DNA of 64,000 bases from Halocafeteria seosinensis (Eukaryota). Below, one piece after another: positions 47,992 through 60,441 of the stretch. The notes under the pieces were generated by a model, which searched no databases, was not told where the DNA came from, and saw only the letters and a list, made by a program, of their open reading frames with translations. Location: the NCBI GenBank assembly GCA_001687465.1, contig LVLI01000278.1, forward strand, positions 1-64,000. The letters are read 5' to 3'. Numbering within the stretch: the stretch's first letter is position 1; every line of letters begins with the position of its first letter. The position numbers were made by a program, and so were the translations under genes.

Positions 47992-48193
47992 GGACGTTGA
48001 GACTGTTTAATTAAAGGAAGATGCAGGGATGTCTTCAATACATATGCATACCACTGGACTAGCGGAGGACCGACCCGGGAATAGGCCGCCTTCTACATAT
48101 ACAACAGTATGTGCGATGTTAGAAAAGCAAAGTAGAGCCCGTCATGTCAAGCGTCACGCACAAACGCGGAAGAGCAGGGATTTTATTCACTCT

Positions 48194-49009
48194 TTACGTC
48201 CTCATTGTGTTGATGTCGAAGCCACTATAATCCGAGCCAGCTTCATCGGCCGAACGGCCTACATTAACAGAATCCCAAGTTGGTGGAGCACGAGGTGGTT
48301 CTAAAGTATCTTCCTTTGGTTCGATATCCTGTCCCATCATCGCTGCTTGTTTCTTCATTTGTTCTGTACACATCATGAAGTACCTTAAATAGCAACGGTA
48401 TGGTCCCATAAGTCGACCGGAGCAGTCACCACTTACCCATTTGCATCTTTGACATCTGTTTCATTATAACTACTTGTAGGCCTTCTATCAAAGCAATAAT
48501 AATACCACCCGCGATTGCATTTCTAACTATAGCTTTGGTGCCAGCTGCGAAGAACAACAGATATATGATGATGATTGAAATCCCTGTTCCATGCGAGATC
48601 CATGTATCAAGTGTACATACCTCTGGCTGCGAGAATACCCCCGGTAAGGGCTCCAGAAGCTATGGCATTCCACGAGTCTTCCGTTTTTCGAACAGCTGCT
48701 AATGTACAGTCAAAGCAGGAGAACAGTCCTCCCCATACCGCAAAGTTACCTGCAGCGTAAAAAAGTTACCGCGAATACTTCACTGGGATCCACGCGTGCG
48801 CGACAGACAATTTAAGTGAACGCACCGCCTAGTACGGGAGCTCTCATACGGACTGCTGTGTATGCGCCCCGAATCCGGCTTGCGTAGCCCTTGGGCGCAT
48901 TTCGTGCTCCTTTAAAAAAGTGCCATATACTTCCACCGACTCCTCCTATTAAGAACGCGCCTCCGACGTCATCAAAAATGCGCCATGGACATGGCTCTCG
49001 ATCTTCCAT
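48194..49009 (-). CDS. TIM17: Mitochondrial inner-membrane translocase subunit Tim17 (multi-exon)
   Basis: [19 protein letters not shown]...GARNAPKG...[23 protein letters not shown]...[23 protein letters not shown]. Confidence 0.95.
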
Positions 49010-49957
49010 TGTGCTATAAAGGGTGTATTATGTAATAAAGTCAATGTTCGTGTCAGTCCTCGGTCGGTCTCTGGAAGTTCCCACAACCAGAGCTGTAGAC
49101 TTCAGGTTTCACAATGTGAAAAAAGAAAGATTAATACAACATGTTTTAATGAGTGCACACATCATAAGGGAAAATCCCGTACGTCTACATTCACTCCATC
49201 ATACACCAGTGCATACCAGGCAGAGTTCGGACCGAAAACCGGGGTTTTCGGGTCATGACCGGACGGGATACCAGGAATTGACTCCACTGTCAAGTTGTAA
49301 CTATTAGACAGTTAATTGGTTCACTGTGGAGGAGCACCACACTCTGTTGCATGGCTTTGCATATCGAGTGATGATGACACACGATTGTACAAAGAATCGC
49401 TCATTCATTCAGTGACCAGCACAAACCAGGAAGCGTGTTACAATGAGTCAACTGAGAACTGTAAGACACACTCTAGCCCGGGACCCTCGGGTAGATAGTC
49501 CAATGTCCAAGCGATACCGGCTGCATGTCGCAATTTTTCAGGGAAAAGTTCCATGTCATGGAATCGATGAACTTCGGTTGTTTTGTGCTTGCTTCGGTCG
49601 CACCGAGCGCTGATGTGGTCGTAACTGAATGCGTTGATTCCACCCAATTCACTGTAATTTTCGGATTTGATTGAATTCCTATCTATACCGTCGTTACTAT
49701 TAGAGAATGACGATCCGCCGTACATAGAGAGATAGGATCGTTCATTAGAAGTGTATTTTAGGTAGCAACACAGCCGTTAACCTTGCTTGCCGGTGTTTCA
49801 AGCCGCCGACACATGTCCTTATTGTAATTCTTAGCTCTTCCCCTCCGCTAAACTAGCGCCCCCGTAAGCTTTTACGGCTGTTGGAATTAGGTAGACATTT
49901 CTGGGAAATTACTGGAAGTGGTGTGACATGGACAAAGGAGTGAAGTGGAGTTAAGTT

Positions 49958-52207
49958 GTGACGATGGCTTCAGATGGATCAAATGAGGAGAATCCTGCCG
50001 TTGAGGACGATTTTGAGAGGACGGACAATATCATCTCCAACATAGAGAACTTGACCCAGAGGGATCTTACTGCGCAACACGTTCTACATGAACAAAGTGC
50101 GCCCTCGGAGGGCGACGAGGACGAGGCTGGTACTGAGGATTGCCCTAGCGCCGCCACAAGTTGGCCTAGAGTCCAGGAAGTACCCCTTCAAGATACAATC
50201 GGCTCCTCAGCAGCTCAGTTAACCCGAGAAGATTTACATATGGAAGCTACTAACGGTGTACAGTCTTCGGGCACTAGTCAGAGATCTTCAGAGGACAAGT
50301 CCGATGGAGGCAATTCCACTCTGAGTTCCCAAAGCAGCAGCAGAAGTAATGATTCATTTGGGTTTGCAGATCAAAGGTTTGTAACAAATGCTCGACAAAG
50401 AAGCGAATCTTCGCCTCTCAGGAGCACGCGATTTTCAAATGTATCGCGGTCGCCCTCTAAATTGAGGTCTGGATTTTCTCCAAACCAGCCAGCTAGAAGG
50501 TCTAGCCTTCGTAACAGCATTCGCCAAATCCGGTTGTCTATCGTTGAACAAGAATTTTATGATGCACACAGAAGTCAAAGCAGGAGTATCAGTAGACTCA
50601 CAGAAGATACACGAGCAAGTGTCTCGGGGAAGGAGACTGCAAACGACTCTGGCGAATCGGAAATGCTTGAGGATGTTGAAACGCTATCCTACATGGGCTC
50701 TACTTCTTTGTTTGTATCAAACCATGCGAATGGTTCAGATGATTCTCATATGTACGTTAAAGCGATGCTCCCTGCTGCTCAAGAGGTTGGCGAGGAAGCG
50801 GCAGAGACAGGCGTTTGGGAGACTCTTTGGGATCACATAAACACAGTGGCACTCAGGCATGAGAGTCGAAATGCAATGTTGCTTGTAAGGTTTCATGCCG
50901 AACGTAGAAACAGCTCTCATCAGGCGAGAAACGTTCAAAAGGTCGAGAAAGTGTATGATGTCTCCACACCATGCTCAACTGTTAGCTATGAGGAGTTGCC
51001 AATTCTGGTCAACGCTTTGACGTTCAGTCTGAAAAGGAAAAAATTGGTAAAGATGGGAAGGGCGTGCTTGTTTTTCGCCCCAATAAGCCCGCTCTATCTT
51101 GTTTCCGTTCTAGCAACGATGCACTGTCAGGGTGTACCTGCTTTGATCTCGGCAAGGGAGCTTGGAGCCGATTTTGTCGCCGATGGCGCGACGGGCGATG
51201 TGCCCCTCTCCCGATACACGTTTGACCTTGCGAAGTTAATTTGCGACTGCAAACCTCTCACGATCTTTACCACCTCCAATTGTCTTCCCTCAGTTGTCGC
51301 CTGTCTCCAACTGATTTCTTTCAGCGCTTTCAAAAATGTGGAAAACGGGGAACTAGAACATCCCCGTTACATTGAGCAGCTTGAGTGGGTAAAGAGTGTC
51401 AAGGTTGCCCTGCTTGATACACAGTCAAGTGAAACCATCGGAAGTATTGTAGATAAAATTGGGTCATCTTGGGTGGAAAGCAATAGATTAAAGGGACGCT
51501 ATGCGAAATATTGGGGGAAAACCGAGGAGAGCATGGAAGCAGATCCCGCTACTGTGGATTCGTCGCAATTTGCATTCAGACTAACGTGGCCAAAGAACAC
51601 GAGAGAGTTCCACTGGTCGATCAAGAGAACAGCGAGTGCTCTCTCACGCAAGCATATGCACTACCCTATGAAACTGATTTCGGAAGGCTTCAATAATAAG
51701 ATGAATATTCCTCAAGATACAGAAAGCGTAGATCGCTCGATCTTTGCCTTGCAAACGTCGTGGAGACCGCATGACGCAACAATTGAGTGGGAAGCAATCT
51801 CTGACAAGGCCGCGGACGAAGTTTATGAGAATTCCATTCGAGACTCAATGGTTTACAACCACCCCTTGGTATCCCATGTTGATGTGGATGCAGATATAAT
51901 AAATGTATTTTCTCAGTCCCTGATTACAGAGGGTCCTATCGAACTCGTCCAAGGCTGGTGTGGTATGGATACTATCTTGGCCACCCTAATGCCGTCGCTT
52001 GTGCATGGATTCGCAATTTACTGCCAGTACGAAGAGAATATGAAAAGTAGTTTGACCTCGTACACGACACTATCCCCTACAAAGCAAGGAAGCAAGTCGG
52101 CATCCCCGACGAAACATTCGTCCCCTCACCGCGCAACTGGAATTTGCTTGTCAGTGTCCGAGTTAGCTGCCATTGACGGCATACAGACAAAGACAGAGAA
52201 TCGCTAA
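49958..52207 (+). CDS. Degenerate AMP-binding (FAAL/DIP2-like) domain protein with Ser-rich N-terminus; 3' structure unresolved
   Basis: 749-aa ORF with VSYEEL...NALTFSL...GRACLFF...ATMHCQGVPALI and LICDCKPLTIFTT, resembling the N-terminal part of adenylate-forming enzymes. No canonical YTSGSTG P-loop. Confidence 0.5.
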   Translation: MTMASDGSNEENPAVEDDFERTDNIISNIENLTQRDLTAQHVLHEQSAPSEGDEDEAGTEDCPSAATSWPRVQEVPLQDTIGSSAAQLTREDLHMEATNGVQSSGTSQRSSEDKSDGGNSTLSSQSSSRSNDSFGFADQRFVTNARQRSESSPLRSTRFSNVSRSPSKLRSGFSPNQPARRSSLRNSIRQIRLSIVEQEFYDAHRSQSRSISRLTEDTRASVSGKETANDSGESEMLEDVETLSYMGSTSLFVSNHANGSDDSHMYVKAMLPAAQEVGEEAAETGVWETLWDHINTVALRHESRNAMLLVRFHAERRNSSHQARNVQKVEKVYDVSTPCSTVSYEELPILVNALTFSLKRKKLVKMGRACLFFAPISPLYLVSVLATMHCQGVPALISARELGADFVADGATGDVPLSRYTFDLAKLICDCKPLTIFTTSNCLPSVVACLQLISFSAFKNVENGELEHPRYIEQLEWVKSVKVALLDTQSSETIGSIVDKIGSSWVESNRLKGRYAKYWGKTEESMEADPATVDSSQFAFRLTWPKNTREFHWSIKRTASALSRKHMHYPMKLISEGFNNKMNIPQDTESVDRSIFALQTSWRPHDATIEWEAISDKAADEVYENSIRDSMVYNHPLVSHVDVDADIINVFSQSLITEGPIELVQGWCGMDTILATLMPSLVHGFAIYCQYEENMKSSLTSYTTLSPTKQGSKSASPTKHSSPHRATGICLSVSELAAIDGIQTKTENR

Positions 52208-55164
52208 CTGACAATCCATAGATCACTCAACGTCTGTAGAATCCCGAGAATTTGTCGCGGACCCCTAGTTTCGAAAACAAAGTGCCACCAAAGGATTTAA
52301 TTACTTCTTTCGCTTACAGTTATCTTCTTGGAGATGAGCACGCCATGATGGAGAATCCTGTGAAGTCTCAAGTCTTTGAAAATACCCTTTGCCAGGGGAT
52401 TTTTCATGTCCGGTCAGGGAAAGGCGTTGGCGAAGCAGAAAAGTACCCCGACGCAGTCTATCTATTTAACAAGGAACCAATGGTTCTGGGCGTCCTAGTA
52501 GTGTCATGTAAGGGACAACTATAGCGACCTGATGCTGAAGAAGATGTGCAACACGGTAGTAGGTGGATACGGAAATAGGGTCTGCGGGAAGGGACCTCTG
52601 GCGGAAGAAGTTCTTGTTGTTTATCTCGTGCTCAAGTAGCGGTCCACATCGTAATTTTCAGGATATTTTGAGAGCCTACCTTCAACTTTGTAAGCGCAAG
52701 GAGTTTATCCAGTATGCCATGAATGAGGTATTACCGGATCAGCATTTATTACTGCTCAAGCTCACCGGCCAGAGTATGAGATGTGACATTGCGGCTCTTA
52801 CCAGAGGTACCGTAAGCCTTGCGAAATTCGAGAATTTTCAGTATGTTTTTCCCGATGACAGTGTCCTTCCCGGCACTGGATCCTCGCATCCTTACTCTGC
52901 GACTAAAACAGGTTCATTTGGGGATGGGTTTCCAGTGCTTTCGCATAAGAAAAGTAGCGTGGAGAAAGCGACTGTGGAATTCGCTTCAGCACTACTACCT
53001 CCAGTGAATGCCGCGCTAAATAGAGCGGCATCTAGACGCTAGAAACCGATGGTCTAGTTGACCTGTACTAAGGAAGAGGTCGTTGCTGTAGTTGATCTGT
53101 GGTTGGAACTATTGAAGAGCAACCCAAACGCCCCGTATTTCCTCAAGGTTCTACAAAACCTTCACATGATTCCACCCTGAGGCAGGGTAAATCTGTCCCA
53201 ATGAATGAACATGCAAATGGGTCAGTACCTCTCCATCGTGGCTCATCAAAGGAAATTTGTTCTCCCGTCGTGCTGCAGCCTACACTATTAAATCAGTTTC
53301 ACTGTAAAAAGTGTCACAAGAAGAGGCGTTTACAATATAGGTAAAAGTCGCGCGAAAAGTTCCAACCTTATGGTCTTGACAAGGGTATTCGGTCAGATGT
53401 TGTTGTCACCAATCGAGTAGAGTATCTTTTGTGCTCATGTTAACGACGGCATAGCCACCGAAAAGTTCAACTTATACGAAGCCTTAGGTGGAAACTAGCC
53501 TGGGGTAGTTCATTTCGAACAGCGTAAAGCAAACAGTCAACGCTCTGACTGAAAAATACCATGCAATGGCTGCAGCTGGAGACACAAATAGATCCTGCGT
53601 AGCTAACTGACTACAACTTAGTACTGGCGAGTGCTATCCTGGTGCACCTTATAGGAATCATGTTTCTTTCATCACGGTTTGAGGGGGAGTCACTGGACTA
53701 CTACCGGAATGAGTTCAAACCTCTGTGCGTGTGTGTGCATGGTATAGTTGTTTTGGTGCTCAGTTCTGTATCTTCTTCTTCGTTTTCGGCATTGAACTCT
53801 TATCAACGTTTTACTCACATGTACCGATGCAGTTACTGTTTTCATGCTCCTGCGGTTGCCAGATCGACATATACAAGGCAGATTCCTCGGTTTCGTCCAG
53901 GCAGTTGTCACGGAGAGATTTCTCTGCGGTATTACAACTCACATGAATCCATTGAGTGTTACAGCTAGGCCAACAACTTCCCAAACAAATGAAAATTACT
54001 CCGAGGCGGAAGAAAGTGCATCATCTCTGGAGCAACTTGCGAGTGAGTGCCCGAGAAGAAATCAAGCAGTTTAAGCTAAATCAGCGCAAGAACAGTGTCG
54101 AGAAGTCAAGGGAGGACGATATGTGGAGGTCCCGTGAATTTCTCAGTACCTGTGCAGTCGTAAGCGTCAGGAGTTCGTGCCGTATGTTGCCTTCAGAAGA
54201 GATCGAAGATCTCGATTCGACAGGTGGACACAAATAGCAACGTGGAAATAGTGACAAACGAACATTACAACAGGCGACTACGTAACCGGGAGCCACGAGT
54301 GTTTCCTAATGCCTTGCTCTCACTGTTCGACAACCGCAAGGAACATACAATCACAAGCATTGGAGTGATGGATAGTCTTGACGTCAGCACCGGGGTTTGG
54401 TCTCGGAAGCCAATTAAGAGTAGACATAGTGTTCCTTTAGTAGACGAGGATTGTTATCCGATGCCATGGACTCGCCGATAATGCGGATATGTCGCCAGAT
54501 CTCGGGCTCTACACGGTAACTGAATGTGACGCTGCCTAGTGACTTCAAACGAAGACATTGTTTGTGCAGCATGATTACCAGAACACCAGTAGTCAGAAGT
54601 GGGCGGTGCACAAATTTAGCCTCCACCTCTGGCACGGACTGCTTCAACAACTGTAACTCCTTCAGTGTTTCTCTCCCTGCTGGTATCAAGAAAGCAGCAT
54701 CCACGGAGGTTGGCTGGTCTAAAACAAAAAATTGCTGCCTAATTGGGGGCGGGCCGAAGAATGGGGCTGAAGTCTCTCATGTCAACACATCACATCTTTC
54801 TACCATCGATCGAAACAGTTCCTGTGATAGTCATGTATTTCGACACTCCGATCCACGGACAGCAGGCTCTGCTTCCTGGTAAAGCTTGTACCACATAGCA
54901 GGGTTAGTATATATTGGGACTAACTGAATTTTAGCCTCAGGCACGACAATCTCCGAGGAATAAATTGAGCAACTGATTGGTCGGTTTGTGGTGTCCATGC
55001 GGAATGATTTCCATACCACTACCGGCAGTATTTCCTACCACAGCTGCCGACTAAGTTCTACCGACATGACCGTACTAGTCCGGGAATTAGAGCAAAAAGA
55101 GAATTGGAGAGCCTAACGCACAAAAGGCAGTTACATCCGTGAAGCAATCACTCAGGATGTACGA

Positions 55165-56990
55165 TCAAGAGGAAATCTGTCTCCAGATCCTTGAATCGGA
55201 ATCTACCGATTTGCTCTCATACCAAGGCGGTAATTGCTGGAAAGGATTCAATTGGTGGTCGACGAACAGTTCTTCATCCAGTATTTGCCGGGTGGCGACT
55301 AATACTACACCCTGCAAAACAAACAAATTCACTAAGGAATGAGCAAGTGTCAAAATAGCGAATATCTTACCTTCATGTAAATTGACTGTTCCAGGAGACC
55401 ATGCAGCGCTTGTCCAGTCGTCAAGTCCGTACCCCATTTGTTGGGAACATACGGGCGAAGATGCTTTGGAAATTCCAGTGACATGTACGTATCTGTAGAG
55501 CAGTGCACGTATCACCATAGAAACACAGACACTCCATCTTAGGTTCACATACTTTGATCTCCGTCGATAAAGTCGTATTGAATCCGCATGACGTTCGGCT
55601 GAATCTTCCTGGGCGGATGGCGCACATGATGGGCAACCGCCAAGGGATTGAATGCATCTGACGCTGCTTTGCAGGTTGCGAATATGTTGAAGAACAAGAC
55701 GGCGGGTTGACTGAGCGTCAATTTCAAAGTATAACTACTTACATGCTCCGTGTACATCCAAAATAGTATCATCGTAACGGGGTATCACTACTCGAGGAAC
55801 ATCGGGATTTCCGAAATGGCCGAAGTCAATAGCCTTCTGTCTCATTTCGCTGTTGTAGACAGCTCCAGGAAATAAAGCCTGCAAGCAGTAATAATTGCAG
55901 AAGAATCCTAAGCCTTACCAACATTAGCTGACGCTAGTTGGATCCACATACAACCACTTGGCCGACGTCCGCAAACCCCTTCAAATACACACCCACTTTA
56001 TGATTTGGAGTCGGAGCTTGGGAAGGACCGAGCCAAAGGGAGAACCCTTGTCTCTGCGTCAATATTTCACGAAGCTGCCTTAAGGATTCTTCTTCTTTTT
56101 CTTGAGCTAACATCTTCATTTGGAAATCAAGCGTCATATATGGATTCGTATGCGTCGACGGGCCGATACTTGGCTGCTCCGCGGCATTTGTATCTGCAGC
56201 AAGATTGAATTAGTACCATGAAAAACAAGTAGGGGTATATTGACCGTATTTCCTACCGGACTCGTCTAATTCTGGGAGAGTAGGTGAAACAGGGGCATTT
56301 CCACTATCAACGTCGTAGAGATGCTGGAACATTTCTGAGACCTGCACCGTTCAGCACTCCCGCGATGAATTGACAGTCTCGGGAGCAATATGGGAAGACT
56401 CTTACTTGAACCGTGATTTTCTCATTGGTAAGAGGAATCAACGACGCCAAATCCATGTTGTCGAAACGTCGTCTCAAAGAGTTAACCAGCCTGGAGTAAG
56501 AGCGTATGAATCGATTGACATGCATTTCAACACTGGTTATCTGACCATCATACCACATGAGCTCCGTGTCGTCAACTATTTCCTGCCGCGCTTCATTTAA
56601 TTCCAGGAGAAGTGCCGCTCGCCTGTAGTCCAGCGTCGCCTGTATGCCAAGAACGTCATGTCTACCAAATACCGGTGCTAATGCTCCATAGAGCTCCTTG
56701 TAGCTTGGGGTCATACCTGCATTTTCTTGCCAATGGACGGTGCTCTGGAGATGAATTTGGCGAACCTTTGCAGAATTCGCGGAAGCATTTGCATTTGCAT
56801 TTTCATTTGAAATCTTCGTTAGTACACACTCAACCTCCTAAACGTCATGTAGGGCCACTATCTCCCGTTGATTGAGCTGTATGGACGATTCTCGATGTGG
56901 AGTCGGATCTGGAAGTGACTTCCACACCCTCTAACTGTTAATTTTTCAATGCCCCAACTTCGTTTGTTACTTTCCCACTATGAATCCCAT
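55165..56990 (-). CDS. SETD9: SETD9-like SET-domain protein (multi-exon; start uncertain)
   Basis: GFSLWLGPSQ...VGVYLKG, LFPGAVY, FNPLAVAHHVRHPP...PNVMRIQYDF and GVVLVATRQILDEELFVDH...PPWY...RIW follow the SETD9 motif order. Confidence 0.75.
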
Positions 56991-57508
56991 CCAATGTACA
57001 ACATTGTTGGAGACTATACAACCCGCGTCACTTGCGTCACTTGATACCATTCCATCAATTCCAACTCGAATCGAGTCGACGAAATGATTGCTTCCTCCCA
57101 AAATGCCTTGGGGCAGCGACCGTTAGGAGGAAAGGGCGATCGTCGCAGATCCCACCAGAATGCCCGATTTACAAGGATTCCCGTGTCGGATACTATCTCC
57201 CATTTGTTTCATTCTCCGATCCGCCTTGTTACCGTGGAAGCGAAACTGTGACGGGAACTGAAATTGGCCGAGGACATATTGTGTGGAGTAGTTTGTGAGG
57301 TTTGAAACATACCCAAACGGTCTCCAAGGCACAAATACCAGGATTTCTCAGGTTTATTGGACAGGTGGTCGTGTGCAGTGTCATGATGCGTTGTCTCTCT
57401 TTGTGTGGAAATTAATTCAACAAAGAAATTGAACGAGCGAATACCGTGGGGGCGAAAGACAAGTGGATATAGATCCCTGCGAGATACATTTGTTTGTCAG
57501 ACCCAACA

Positions 57509-58764
57509 ATGGCTTCCAAATCAAGTTTCCAGAAGGGGAAAGGAACCAAGAAAGGATCCAGCGGGAGTAAACCGTCGTCGAGCAGTGGGAGAGTGCCATC
57601 AGAGTACTACAATGCGGATAACGCGAAAACTTACTTCGGGTTTGATCCCTTAGAGTTCATCGAAGATAGTGAGTCTTGCTCAGGTTGCGCGTCGTGGCGT
57701 GGACTACTCTTCATGGAAACGTATTTCATGGTTTATTGTGTGCAGTATATAACGCTTGTGATGACTATATTAACGATGGAATGGATGAACTCCAACACAG
57801 CTTACATATGGTACGTTGCATTGGCTTGTATAAATGGATGCGGAGGAAAAGATCCCTGAACTTACATTTCAGGCATTGAAACATAAGCGAGAGCGAAAAA
57901 GCCGAAAGCGAAAAGACGTTGAAGAGACGGAGATTGAGAAAAATATATCGAAGGTACGAGGCTCATTTCCTGCCTTTCTTCCTGTTGCCAGGAACACGTT
58001 CACATCTGTTAAACCCCGTCTCAGGGATGTGACCGGATGGTAGAAAAGTTGAGGCGAATTTTTGATCGCAACATTGACAGATTCGAAGTATATACTCAAA
58101 GGAACATATTTAATGTCCCCGAGCATATCGCGCATCAGGCGGTGAGTAAATCGATATTTAGTTCATAGTTGAAACCTGCAGTCACTGGCACTATATTACT
58201 ATACAGCAAGGGAAAGGAAGCTCCAAGTCAGATAGAGAGCGGAATCGAAATGATAATACTGAAGGTGAAGATCGTATTGAAGAACTACGGCACAAGATTC
58301 GAGAAGTATGTTAACGTTTTGCCACACGACGCCTGAATTCTGAGTAAACACTTTGAACGTCTTTGCAGCAACGACGAAAGCATAGAACGTTATTATTCCT
58401 TAAAAAATTGTACGAAAGAAGGATACCACAATTAGAAGAAAAAGCACAAGATATTTATGCTGCGACTATGGCGTTAAGAGGGGAAAATGTTTCCCGTGAG
58501 GATGCGTCTGCTCCAACGGACGATACCATAAATGAAATTAAAGAGAAAGTAACTCAGATAGTGGACCAGACTCAAGAATTGCGGGGAGTCTGTGCTCGGT
58601 TGGCCGTATCTGCTGACACGGAAGAGGACACGTCTCAAAGTAGCAAAGGAGGGTCTAAAGACTCAGAAAGTACAGGTTCCCGCCTCAGCTTTGGAGAGTT
58701 GCGATCCAGGTATTATCAGGACGTTCAAAAAGCAGCTGGTACCGGTGCGTCCTCGAACCGATAA
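57509..58764 (+). CDS. MIS12: Kinetochore protein Mis12 (multi-exon)
   Basis: Spliced YFGFDPLEFIED|IYNACDDYINDGMDEL...|GCDRMVEKLRRIFDRNIDRFEVYTQRNIFNVP, followed by a coiled coil. Confidence 0.85.
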
Positions 58765-58860
58765 GAGGTTATTGTATGTGATTAAGGAACTCGCCGTTGG
58801 TGATGGCATGTGCTACCGACATCGCCCTGCCGTGAGGCCCCCGACTATCCTCAATGCTTT

Positions 58861-60238
58861 TCATGTAGCGCTCAATGACCTGGAAAGCGAAGTAAATAGT
58901 GTGTACCGAAGAGACGGGTGGAGAGTCATATGTTTCCGCGACTTACTCTCTTGGAAGCCAAAGCGGCGTTGCGATTCCGAGTTTCCTTCTCCTCTGCCTC
59001 CCTGCGTGCCCTCTCCTTGACGTTGTCTTCGTAACTGCACTTTCAAAGAGGTGACTACTTAGTGAACAGCTATCACAGCTAATACACTTCTCGTACTTCT
59101 GTTTTTGACGAGCCTTATCCTTCAATTTTGCCCGCAATTTCTGAGTTGAAGCTTTTTCAGAATATATTCCACCATTATGCTGCATATAGTGTGTTTCAGA
59201 TACGAAATGACTACGGGGAGATGAAGCCGCAGGATTAGCACTGAGTCCTTGTGCGGCACCAAACACCGAGTCATCCAGCGACCGGTGGGCATCGGTTACC
59301 CCAGAAGATACACCAGCAGGATCGTCGGGAGAGAACTGCGTTGTAAAGGATATTCTGGCTGCATCCGACTGCACGTATCTTGTCTGTGACAGTTATTGTC
59401 AGACTAGGGGAAATGGATGTGCATGAGAGCAGAACGTAACACGGCAAGGTATCTTACCGGTGAAGCATTCAACGTCGAACTCGTAACGTCAAGGGGCGCA
59501 TATGCCTTGACACTGTGTCCATCGGACACCACTCGTTCATACAGGTGTTGTCGCTGCTTCTCCTTCCGGGCGGGTTGAACGAAGCGTTTCATGTTTTCTC
59601 CTGTACGCTTAAGGGGAACGCCTCGAGTTATTACTTCTGCATTAGCAGTTCTAATCACATGCTCTTGACAGGATGACATTCCGCTGGGCAACTCTATTAT
59701 GCCAAAATTACCTCTCCAATTTTCAAAAGTTTCTAATTCACCCAATGCCATTTTTGTTATTGCAGACTGAAAAAGTGGTCAGTATGCCCATTCTGTGCAA
59801 CATTTCGAAACCTTATATGGTAAATCAGTTACTTACAACCTGTCCTCGATCCTCCTCGCTATGAGTGTAAATTGTATGATGGGGTTCCATTCTGGCAACT
59901 TCATGCTCAGGTGTGCCTGTAGATGTAGATCAAGCTGTCAAGTCTCCGACCCAGGGACACGAATGGAGGCTATGTTTGTCCGTACCTCGCGTCTTATTTA
60001 AGCTGACATGCGTTGGTTGTGCATAGCGTGTTGAGTGGCGAGTTTTGCTGGTCTCCCGTGCAGTAGAGTTCGGCGTCTTCGTGAAGCTAGTTTCTGAAGC
60101 ATCTGAGGCTGGAGGTGATGCTGGCGTGATCACTCGAGAAGGCTGCTGCAACCGATCTTGCCGCCGATTGGTATTGCCACTGGTTACCCTTCGCTCTTGG
60201 CGCCTGATTGTTCCTTTACGCTCAGGGAACGTTCCCAT
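58861..60238 (-). CDS. Hypothetical protein (multi-exon; ends approximate)
   Basis: Successive minus-strand ORF segments (59930-60295, 59404-59751, 58943-59374) bounded by gt..ag sites. No recognisable domain. Confidence 0.45.
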
Positions 60239-60441
60239 TCTGTCTGCCGGTGGTACAAGGTGCACTTTGGCCAACAACGGACACAAGTGCGCCAAAATAG
60301 TGACGCTATGTTGTATTTGTGCGTGTCAGAATTCAATTTCAGAAAGATAACAGGACGTGAATACGATATGAATACGAATTTCTCAAGACATTATTATCAA
60401 CATTCTTTCAATATACTATCTGTCTATGAGGTTGAACTCTG

